A program made the translations under genes and the position numbers. Below, in pieces: positions 39,007 through 64,000 of a stretch of DNA of 64,000 nt (position 1 is its first letter; the number at the start of each line of letters is the position of its first letter). Under the pieces are notes generated by a model. It had not been told where the DNA came from and did no database searches. It saw nothing but the letters and a program-made list of their open reading frames with translations. The DNA lies in assembly GCF_018350175.1 (NCBI RefSeq), contig NC_058383.1, positions 17,982,001 through 18,046,000 of the forward strand. The letters run 5' to 3'. This DNA comes from Felis catus (taxonomy: Eukaryota).

Positions 39007-39425
39007 GTGAGCTGGTATGGGGCGCGGCCTGGCGGGGCGGGAGACTTCGCGGCCGCGGGAGATGTGCTGTGGCTTGGAAAGGGTCTGGTAGATGACAGGA
39101 AAAGATCAGGAGCCACCGGGGCTGAATGGGGTCAGGGAGGGCCAGGGGGCTGGCCATCGCTGGAGCACGAGCAGCCAGGGCTCAGGGAGCCCGAGGATCA
39201 GGGCTGACGGCAGAGCGGCCAGCATCTGTGCCCTTGTTCTTTCTGATAATAGTAAAAGCAAGGGTGGAAAAAGCCGTTAAGCCGCAAGTTAGGCCTGGCA
39301 GTTAGCAGGGAAGTGGGCAGACGGGGAGGAGGGCCCGGCCAGGTTCTCCCCCTCAGCGCTTTGTGTGTTGGTATTTCTCCAGCTTCCCCTCCCTCAGGTC
39401 TCTGCTCCCGCTCACGCCTGTGGCC

Positions 39426-40850
39426 ATGGGAATGATCCTGCTTCTCCTCCTCTTTGGGGGCGTCTGGACCCAAGAGACGAACTCAAAGCTTGTGGACGTC
39501 GCGACCACTTTGGGGATGTCTGCACCCACAAGACCCTCTGCTTCTTTGACCCCAACTTTCTCTGAGCCCCCAAACCTCAGCGTAGTGACCCCCAGTCCTG
39601 CAACAGCCAGGGTCCGCGAGGAGAGCAACGGCACCGGGCCCCAGATCTCCCCACCTTCTTCAGCTTCCTATACAGCCAATGAGGTGTTCTTTCTCGGGGC
39701 TTCCACTACTGCCGGTGGTGACCTCCATGTACCTGAGCCATCGGTCTCTGGGGAAGTTGCCACCAAGAAGTCATCAAACCTGGAAACTAATGCTCAATCA
39801 CTAGAAGACTTTCTGGAACTTCACATTATGACTGATGGAACCACGGTAACCGGCTCTCTGGAGACCTCTGATGTCACCAGGGGACCCTCCGTCACCATGG
39901 CGACTGGCCCTCCAGAGACCTCTGATGTCACCTGGGGACCCTCCGTCACCATGGCGACTGGCCCTCCGGAGACCTCTGATGTCACCTGGGGACCCTCCGC
40001 CACCATGGCGACTGGCCCTCCGGAGACCTCTGATGTCACCTGGGGACCCTCCGCCACCATGGCCACTGGCCCTCCGGAGACCTCTGATGTCACCTGGGGA
40101 CCCTCCGCCACCATGGCCACTGGCCCTCCGGAGACCTCTGATGTCACCTGGGGACCCTCCGCCACCATGGCCACTGGCCCTCCGGAGATCTCTGATGTCG
40201 CCAGGGGACCCTCTGCCACCATGGCAACTGGCTCTCTGAAGACCTCTGATGTAGCCAGTGTAACCCCTCTCGCCATGTCAACTGGCTTTCTGGCGAGACC
40301 TAAGGGGCCCAGGGGCTTCCCCACCTCCTCGGCAAAAACAACCCCCGTTTCTACAGGCACAGGCAGTAGGCATCCCTCATTAGTTCCCAAGAAAAATGGC
40401 TCCCTGCTGGTGGCTGTGGTTGTGGCCCTGGTGGTGTTCACGATCCTTGTGACCCTACTCCTGCTGTGGCGCCGGCGGCAGAAGAGGAGGACGGGGGCCC
40501 TGATACTAAGCAGGGGAGGAAAGCGCAACGGGGTAGTAGATGCCTGGGCTGGGCCGGCCCAGGTGTCTGACGAGGAGGCCCTGACAGCAGCAGCAGGCGG
40601 GTCTGGGGGCGGGAAGGGCCCCGGGGTCTCCGAGGGGGAAGCCTCTGGCCAGCGGCCCACACTCACCACTTTCTTCGATAGACGCAAGTCGCAACCGGGC
40701 TCCTTGGAGCTGGAGGAGCTGAAGGCCAGGCCGCCCCCCGTCCTAAACGGGGAGGAGGAGCCGCTGGTGGGCAGCAAGGATGAGGCTGTGGAGGCCCCTG
40801 CTTCCCAGGGGCCAGAGGCCGGAGATGTGGAGGCCCCTCAGTGCTTGTGA
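39426..40850 (+). CDS. SPN: Leukosialin / sialophorin (CD43), 474 aa, single coding exon
   Basis: GCCATGG start, signal peptide MGMILLLLLFGGVW, Ser/Thr/Pro mucin ectodomain with 18-aa repeats, TM LLVAVVVALVVFTILVTLLLLW, and CD43 tail motifs RRRQKRRTGAL, GGKRNGVVDAWAGPA and RPTLTTFF. Adjacent to QPRT as in other mammals. Confidence 0.97.
   Translation: MGMILLLLLFGGVWTQETNSKLVDVATTLGMSAPTRPSASLTPTFSEPPNLSVVTPSPATARVREESNGTGPQISPPSSASYTANEVFFLGASTTAGGDLHVPEPSVSGEVATKKSSNLETNAQSLEDFLELHIMTDGTTVTGSLETSDVTRGPSVTMATGPPETSDVTWGPSVTMATGPPETSDVTWGPSATMATGPPETSDVTWGPSATMATGPPETSDVTWGPSATMATGPPETSDVTWGPSATMATGPPEISDVARGPSATMATGSLKTSDVASVTPLAMSTGFLARPKGPRGFPTSSAKTTPVSTGTGSRHPSLVPKKNGSLLVAVVVALVVFTILVTLLLLWRRRQKRRTGALILSRGGKRNGVVDAWAGPAQVSDEEALTAAAGGSGGGKGPGVSEGEASGQRPTLTTFFDRRKSQPGSLELEELKARPPPVLNGEEEPLVGSKDEAVEAPASQGPEAGDVEAPQCL
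39852..40283 (+). repeat. SPN: Coding tandem repeat, 8 x 54 bp (18 aa), in the SPN ectodomain
   Basis: Units start at 39852, 39906, 39960, 40014, 40068, 40122, 40176 and 40230; core GPPETSDVTWGPSATMAT. Confidence 0.97.
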
Positions 40851-41690
40851 AAAACAGGAGCGCAGGTCAGAATGGCTCCCGGCCTTCACCACCTTCCCTC
40901 GTATCATCGCCTCCAGCTTCCTTGTCACGCAGCATCGTCTGGGTCCTCACCCTGTATGTTCATCCCGAGCTCTCATCCGGCTTCTCAACCCCAGGTCTCC
41001 CAGGCGGCACCCACACCCCCGGAACCAACAGACTTTCCTCATCAATCCCAACTGGTCCTCATCACCCTCTTCTCCACGTTTTTGTCCTTGAAATCAGCTG
41101 CTGAGTCTCCACAATGCCAAACTTCCTTGGCCAATGCCTTCTCAGAGGACTCCCCAGGGACACGGGAGTCTAGGAAGGAAGATGGGGACAACCCAGCAAA
41201 CTCTCGCCGAGGATTGCTCTGGAAAGTGCTTTTGGCCCCATAGATTAGGACAGTCCGACCGGCTCAGCCCACGAACCTGCTTTGACACTGCGCAGTGCTC
41301 CGTGCCCGGCCACTGGCCATCAGAGCAGGGACTGGGGGGCGTCACCTAGATGTGCTCTCGGATCCTAGGCTGGTGCCTGGCCCACACTCCCCACCCCCTA
41401 CCTGTGGATTGAGGCGGCAGCTCCTTCTCCTCCCGGGGGCAGAGGTGAGAAAAGTTTCCTGGCAGGTGTAGTCCTCCAGAAACCCTGGCACCCGCGTGTG
41501 TCCTGTCATGGGCGCAGCTTGCGTGCAAGAGGCCAGGCCTTGGCCGTGTTTGTGCAGGTGGCGGTGAGTAGGGCCGGCGTGTGGAGGGGACGGGGAGCTG
41601 CCAATCCGAGGAGCCCCTGAGAACATCTGTGTCCTCATCTTGGTTCAGGTGGGGTGGAGGCGGCAGAAGATTTAGCCATGTCTGTAGCCC

Positions 41691-41696
41691 AATAAA
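41691..41696 (+). terminator. SPN: Probable SPN proximal polyadenylation signal
   Basis: AATAAA about 840 nt after the stop codon, followed by GT-rich sequence. A second AATAAA lies at 42865-42870. Confidence 0.7.
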
Positions 41697-43778
41697 GAGC
41701 GTGGGGCTTGATAGACTGCGTGTGTGACCTGAGTGTGGTTCTTCAGCTCAGCCGCTGTTTCCCGTGCCCAGAGCCTCCCCCTACTCCAGCTGGCTTGCTC
41801 CCAAGGCAGGGGAGAGGAGGGCTGAGGTGGGGGGGGGGTGTTGCTGTTACCCGCTTAAAGTGGATTTTAAAATTTTAATTATTTGAGAGAGAGAGAGAGA
41901 GTGCAGGAGGCAGAGACAGAGGGAGGGGGAGAATCCCAAGCAGGCCCTGCACTAGCCCAGTGCAGGCCTCAAACGAGGGGAGGGTGAGCTCGTGAGATCC
42001 ATCGTGACCTGAGCCGAAATCAAGAGTCAACTGACTGAGCCAGCCAGGCGGCCCTCGTTTAATGTGTTTGTATCTCCTCTTCCACTGGGGGCGGGCTCCT
42101 TCCCTTCTCCCAGAAAAGTCCGTGAGACTGACAGGCCCATAGACATGGGAGCTTCCCCTGCGGTTCTGGGATGGGATGGTTGGGAGCGGGGAGAAGACCC
42201 CACCCCAGGCCAGAGCCCAAGGGGCCACAGGGCGCCAGAGATAGTTGGTATTTCCCCAGGACAAAGAGGAAATTTGCAAAGAGGAAGTTGTTGAGTCAGA
42301 GGGTGCAGTGGCTGAGAGGAGACAGGTTGACCCACAGAAAGGCCCTTGGGAAGTTGAGTGTGTGACTGCCCGTGGCCTGACCTGGAGGGGAGGGGAACAG
42401 CTCAGGGGTGCATCTGTTCTTGTGGTTCGGGGAGGGGAGGGGAGAGAAGGGACAGAAAGTGGCCACGGAAGATGGGGGTAGAAAGTGACCATGGGTCCAC
42501 TTGGCCACCGTGGCTTGTGCCACCTGTGCTTGGACTGGGGACAGGCTGAGCTGGGACGAATGCAGCCCTCGCCAGTCATGCCGCCATGGCTGGGTGGAAG
42601 GTGTTTGCCAGGCTGAAAAGGGGGGAAAGGCCCCCTCAGCAGAGGGGGCAGTAAACGCAAAGTTGCCATAAGGGCCGTGTGACTAGTTTCATGGCGCACG
42701 TTGGAATGGGTGCAGCAGATACTATAAGACCAAAAGGGGGCCGGGGTGGGGTGGGGAGAGAAACAAAAGAGAAAATTATCAAGTGTGGTAATGAAAGGGC
42801 CAAACATATCGAGTACGAAAATGTTTGTAAATGGCTTATTACACCATGTCCTCCAAAACTACGCAATAAAACGTCTATAATATAATGTCACCGGGGAACA
42901 AAGAGCTAGTTACTCATCTGTAAATACGTATGAATCTAGGTTTGTAATGAAAATGCAAAAACATGGACGTTTGTGGAAAAAAAAAAAAAGAAAAGAACTT
43001 GAAGGAAATATCCCAAATGTTCGTTGTGGTTATCTGTCAGGTGAGAGGTTTACGAATGATTGTTACTTTGTTTCTACTTTTCTGTATTTTCCCAGTTTTA
43101 TGTAATAAATACCTATCACTTTTACGATTAGAAAAAAATAGTACCAAGAAGGTATTCGCTGGGGGGATGGGGTGTCTGGTTCAAGGACATGAGGTGGGAA
43201 GGGCGGGCTGGAGCCCCACTGTGAAGGACTAGGGAGTTTGGATTCAGTTCTGAAAGCAGTGGGGAGGTCACCAAACCTAAGTCTGTTCTAGACTCTTCCA
43301 GGGCCTCTCAGACCCATCATCAAACCCCACTTCTTCCTGTCTTTGCCTCTTGGGTACCAAGTTCCCCTGACTCCACGTCCATGGTCCCTTAGAGCCTTTC
43401 CTTCCCCCAGGCCCCAACCCACCTTGCCTGGGTCCTGCCCAGACTTCTCTTTGGGTTTCTTGACCATAACCTCTTCTACCCTCTGCCCATGATGCTCCCA
43501 ATGACTCTTCTACAAGGGTTCAGATTCCCTCCTAATGAGGTCAAGACAGAGCCTTAGCTTGAAGATAAGACTCCTTCGAGATCTGGCCCTGACTGGTCAG
43601 CCCTTGGTGCAAACACTCTATGCCCTCCAGCCACATCACATTCCTTGTAGGTCCCTGAATAGGCCATGTGTTTTTCTTGATGTGTGCTTGAGGGTGTAGT
43701 TCAAAATGTTAAAAATATTTATTTTGTCCAGACAGTAACAAGTTAATAACCAGCACATTCCAGTTTCTTAGTAACAGG

Positions 43779-43822
<44 letters not shown>

Positions 43823-45712
43823 ACACATGATGTACTATACTTCATCTTATATTTTCTTTTTTCTTTAAATTTTTAAAGTTTTTTTATTTGGAGAGAGAGT
43901 GTGTGCATGAGCATGAGCAGGAGAGGTGCAGAGAGCAAGGGAGAGAGAGAGAATCCCAAGCAGGCTCCATGCTGTCAGAGCCAACAGCCCGCTGTGGGGC
44001 TCGATCCCACGAACCGTGAGATCATGACCTGAGCCGAGATCAAGAGTCGGACGCCTAACTGAAAGATTATGGTTACAAATAAAGCTGTGTCATACAAAAT
44101 GACATTTCCAGGTGGTAAAAGGGTTTAGAGAAAGTCTTGAGAAATCTATTAATGCAATTCATTTTTGCAGACAGGAGAAAGGGCCCCCATGCATGCTTCT
44201 GAGGACATTTCATTTCTGAAAAAGGATATTTACACCTAAATGTCCTCTGCATCCCTATTTCTGACCCTGGACCATGTTCAGTTCGGCAGGCGGAACCTGT
44301 GATGGGTGGGATACAAGTAGAGGTGACACCTGTCAGTTCTGAGTCCTCTAAGCCCTTGGGCTGAGGGAATGAGAAAGACCCCAGCTCTGAGCCCCAAGCT
44401 CAGTGACTGTGCCAGGAAGCAGATTAAGCCTGGATTGTTAGCAAGACCAGAGAGGAATATAACCAGAAGATTCTAAGATTCCCAAAGTATTTGCAGGAGC
44501 AGACTCCAGCCAAACGTAGAGAGAAAACTTTCAAACTCTACGAGGGTATCCTACACAGTGGGTGGCTGTTGTGCTCTAGGGAGGTTCGGGGCAGAGCTTT
44601 TAGACAAAGGAAACCCAGGGTACTTTGAAGACAATCTCCTTGCCGGGGACAATGAGCTGCAAATGGGTGCCTGTATGCCTCAGTTTCCCAGGGTGCTCAG
44701 TCCCTGCCTGGCCAGCTTGTGGCCTCTGGATAGCCTAGCTGTACTATGGGCCAGATCCATCCCAGGAGGGCTGGTCCTGAAGAGAGCCACCTACTCAAGA
44801 CTGCACGAAGCCAGCCCACCCCCGGCCTGCCCCATGACGCACACATCTTGATTTCGCGCCAAACTCCTCAACCGTCAAGATTCAGCTCAAATGTCACCGC
44901 CTTTGTGAAGCCGCCCTTGCCGCTTCCATCCCCAACAGACATGGTATTTCTTCCACGGCACCTCGTGTGACCGCACGACACCCGGGCTGTAACTGTGTGA
45001 CGGTGTCCCTCACTCATTAGAGTGTAGCCCCTCCAAGTCCACGCGTCATCTTTGTGATTCCGGGGTCCAGGGCCCGGCACAGCAGCTACCTGATATGTGT
45101 TTACTGAATGGAGGGATAAATGAACTAGTGAATGAAAAAATGACGATTTCAAGTACACCTGTGGCAAGCTTGGATCTGTCTTTTGGGTAAACCGGGCATC
45201 CAGGAGGATGGCCTGAAGGGAGTGCGGCCCAAGGTGAGAGCGTTATTCTAGTTCGAGTTGGATATAGTGGGGGTCTGGCCCCAGCGGGGAAAAATAGGTC
45301 AAGTGAGAAATACACTTATTCAGAAAATCAGATTTTAGAACTAATGGGGAATTGGGATCTGAACCTAGGACCCAAGCCCGCGATTTTTCCAGGGCACCCA
45401 TCAAAGAAGCTTCCCAGCGGTCACCAGCAGCCTCACGGCCTGGGGAAGCCTGGGTGTGTGGAGGGAACGGGGTGAGGACTCGAGTTAGGCAAGAGCTCTT
45501 CCAGTCCAGCAGAAAGTGGAAGGAGAAGGAGAAGGTGTGTACCGCCCCAGGGGTCCTGGCAGAGGGGAGGAGGGAGGGAGCCCCAGAGAATCTGGGAAGG
45601 GCTGGCTGGACCGGCCCCTTCCTTCTTCCTCTGGCAGTCCCACCCCCTCCGGCCTCCGAGGAGAAGGGGAACTGAGCAGTGCACGCCGCCGGTCCTGCAG
45701 CTTCAAGCGGTC

Positions 45713-61052
<15,340 letters not shown>

Positions 61053-61287
61053 AGCCAAAGAGGGCGCCCCCGGCAGGGGAATCACAGTTTCTTGGGCCCC
61101 TCGAGTCTGCAGTACAGGACTCTCCGGGCGTTAGCCTGGGCTAACGTCTGGCTCTGCCTATGTGGGGGTGGAGGGGCTGATTTCACCTCTGCTCATCTGT
61201 AAAATGGGTCTGATAAATGATCAACCTTATGGATTTCTTTGGGTGATAATTAACACATAAGAAGTGTTCAGTAACTCTTAGAAACTC

Positions 61288-61619
61288 CCATAGTCCGTCG
61301 ATTCTGAGATAGGCCTTTTTTCACATACTACCTTCTCCCGCGTCAAAGTGCGTCTTTAACCAATGGCGTCTAGTGGTCACCATCAGCCAGGCGTCAGTAA
61401 TCACATAGCCATGCATCATGGCCCTAGCATGCAGCTTGTAGATAAAACATGATAACAATCTATGTTTGAAATAAGTCCCAGACAGCTCTTTTAGCAAATA
61501 CCAGAAAGAACTGCTACATGATAAGAAAACATTGGTCGAAGTGTAATTGACAAGTCTCTTTTCCAGTAATAGCGTGTGTGTTTTAAGGTCAATGGCAGTT
61601 TATATTTGAGGGTATATGG
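61288..61619. mobile_element. Possible Tc2/Kanga (MER104-like) DNA transposon relic downstream of QPRT
   Basis: Degenerate ends CCATAGTCCGTCGATTCTGAGA and TTTATATTTGAGGGTATATGG resemble the recalled terminal repeats. Confidence 0.4.
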
Positions 61620-64000
61620 CATCAGGTCTGGTATTCAGCTAGAACATTCCACTGGGTCGATGCCCGTGTTGTACTGGGTATTCAGTGTGTTCCCTCTCTC
61701 CTCTGACTCCTGTTACCACCTCCTTGGAGGAGGTGAGAACCTGACCATTCACTTCCAGGGTTTCCAACCTAGATGTGCATCGCCATTGGGTGCCGAGGGC
61801 CTTTTAGGTTCTGGTCCCATAATGCTATCATCAGCTGGGAAAGGAAGGTGGGCAGCTGGGGCCAGAGCAGAGGTCACCTGAGGGAGGAGGGATGGGGCAG
61901 GTGGAAGTCCATGTTCAGACATCAACTTTTCCTGCTAAGTCAAGACTCAGGGGTCTAAGCAGAGGATCTAAATCCAGCTTCCTAAACACACTCACACACC
62001 TGAGGTATCACTCACTTGTTTGGCTACTGTACCCTCACTTCAAGCCCGGGAGCTCGCCTCTCTCTAACCCTTTGGGCAGGAAAGGACATGAGGGGTCCCT
62101 CAGGGCAAAGCGGCTCCTGAGGTGACTTTCCAGAAGGGCTCCCTTCTGGAGCCACCTCTTCCCTCCTAGAACCCACTGTCTTCTCTGCCCTTTGCCAGGA
62201 GGAGAGAAAAACAGCTTGTCCACAAAGCCCCTTCCCCAGGGAGAGCCTGGGGGGTCCCAGCCTGCCTTGAGGGAGGTAACCTACCCCTTCCCCCCTCGTC
62301 AGTGCTGGAGACCCCTTGCTGGGAAGGGAGCAGATCAAGAAAACAATGAGCTCATCTCAGATGTGAAAGCCCCAGACAAGCCAAGACCATCATTCACACA
62401 CTAATTATGCACTGAGTGCCTGCTGTGGCCAGGCTGAGAGCACAGAGTGGAGAATAATCTAGCAAAGATGCCGGGCGGAAGTGGTAAGCTGCTGCCTTTG
62501 GTGATGCCCTGGTCTGAAGGGACCATTCTCACAGGACACAGCCCAGTCGTGCCACCTGGGGCCGCACCTGTTCTCTTTAATACACACTTCCACCCTTGGG
62601 TCCTCCTGTCCTTTCTCCAGGGAAAACAGTCATGCTCGGCTAGGCAGACTTCCTGGCTCTGGAAGAATTTAGATCTCTGAGCCTCAGATCCCCAGACCCG
62701 GAGAGGCATAACTGAACACTGATAGAACTGGGGGGTGGGGAGGGGGCACTTCTGAGTATCAAAATAAGGAAGTCAGGATTCCTGGATGCGCTGGGAATGG
62801 TAAGGCAAAACACTTGGGGTCCAGGAGGGAATCAGTGCCTGACAGAGGCAGAAGGGAGAAATGTACCAGGAATCTCAAACTCAAAGCCTCCGGGACCTAA
62901 GCTGATAAAATACTTGGGAGAAGCTGGAATAAGACAAAGCTGAGTGGGCGGCGGCCAACGGCACCCACCAAATCCCAATTAAGACAGAAAAAAGAAATCT
63001 ACCAGGCTGAGTCTCAGGCTGCCTTGAAGGCAGAAATGGGTCAGCCCTACAGGCACCTCCAGATCGGAGAGCTGGGAGAGGATTCCATTACCAGAGGAAA
63101 AGGAAATGGATCCTGAGCAGGCAAAAACAACACATGCCTTCCTTGCCAGGGAGTGGATTTCCAGGCAGAGGGGAGGGCAAGGGCAAAGGCTCAGAGGTGG
63201 GAAATGACTTGGATTGTTTGGTGGAAGATTTGAAGATGGGATCAAGAGAGGCGAGATGGCTAGGAGCTGGGCTGGGTCCAGACCACGAGATGGTAGGTCA
63301 GAGGACTTGGACTCTGTCCCGAGAACAATCAGACCGAAGCTGGAAAGTGAGATAAGCATATTTGCAGTTTAGACCGAGTCCGTGGCACAAAGATGCGTTC
63401 GAGGGGGCTGCAGTGGCTGCAGGGAGCCCAGGAGGAGGCCGATGCAGCCCCTCAGAGCTCTGAATGTGGGTTGTGGCAATGTGGGTGGAGAGAAGGGACT
63501 GCGGTCAGAGGGAACAGCATGCGCAAAGGCTCAGAGGGCAGATGGAGCCCCATGGGTTCGTGGCAGTAGGAAGAGTTGGGTGTGGCTGTGGGAGTTGGGG
63601 GGTGGGGTGGAAGGAGCCGGGTGGGGGGGGGGGAGCCAGGATTGGGAGAAGAGAAATCTCACACCTCACCTGATATCACCCTATCGGGTACACTTCCTTC
63701 TTGCCTGGCCAGCCTGGGATTGGGTTTGGATGATTTCTCCCAAGCTGCCCATGCCCAGTTAGACCCATGCTCATCATGGCGAGTGTGCCCATCAAATCGG
63801 GTGCTGCAGTCAGCATATAATGCACCATCAACGCTGGCTGGTGGGTGGGCGGGAACACCCATTGCCTGAGCGCCGTTGCTCAGCCCGGGTAGGTGGGTCT
63901 CTTTCCCTCAGTGCTCGTGAGGGGTGGGGGTGAGCGTCTCTATTTTACCCGTGAGGAAGCTGAGGATTTATGAAGTTAAGAGAGCTGCTCAGGGTCGTAC

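Noticed and set aside
38404..39207. 267-aa ORF over the SPN promoter
   Set aside because: Non-ATG start, low-complexity Pro/Gly/Ala content and no recognisable domain; expected in GC-rich promoter DNA.
39363..39425. ORF-track start of SPN at 39363 (495 aa)
   Set aside because: This is a non-ATG start inside the intron, upstream of the acceptor at 39397. The Kozak ATG at 39426 begins the signal peptide.
39852..40283. CRISPR-like regular repeat array
   Set aside because: The units are head-to-tail with no unique spacers, lie within a mammalian CDS, and there are no cas genes.
39821..40777. 318-aa antisense ORF, and the 122-aa alternative-frame ORF at 39871-40239
   Set aside because: Both are shadows of the GC-rich SPN CDS and its stop-free 54-bp repeat.
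41875..42807. 310-aa minus-strand ORF downstream of SPN
   Set aside because: No recognisable motif and it ends inside a SINE; probably a chance ORF.
44100..44250. Possible transposon end (AAAAGGGTTTA) and 10-bp inverted repeat GAGGACATTT/AAATGTCCTC
   Set aside because: Too short and degenerate to assign without a repeat-library search.

Overview
This is eukaryotic DNA, almost certainly felid (dense feline-type tRNA-derived Can-SINEs and carnivore L1), and it carries the SPN-QPRT gene pair, syntenic with human 16p11.2. Bases 1-7404 hold the 3' portion of a dead ERV3/HERV-R-like class I provirus: gag C-terminus, pro, pol, env and a 318-bp 3' LTR. It has two SINE insertions and appears to have integrated into an older SINE. 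About 7.4-38 kb is repeat-saturated intergenic DNA. SPN (CD43) has a GC-box promoter, a non-coding exon 1 and a single-exon 474-aa CDS (39426-40850) with an expanded, homogenised 54-bp mucin repeat. QPRT is an intact 4-exon, 299-aa gene (45713-61052), with an antisense RPS27 processed pseudogene in its 14-kb intron 1. I found no clearly new biological system. The best leads are the Trp-bearing CD43 repeat expansion, a possible decayed hydrophobic accessory ORF between pol and env, loss of the env immunosuppressive domain, GC-directed decay of the RPS27 retrocopy, a fold-back hairpin in L1 and a 27-nt tailless SINE insertion. Family names and human comparisons come from recall, not from database searches.
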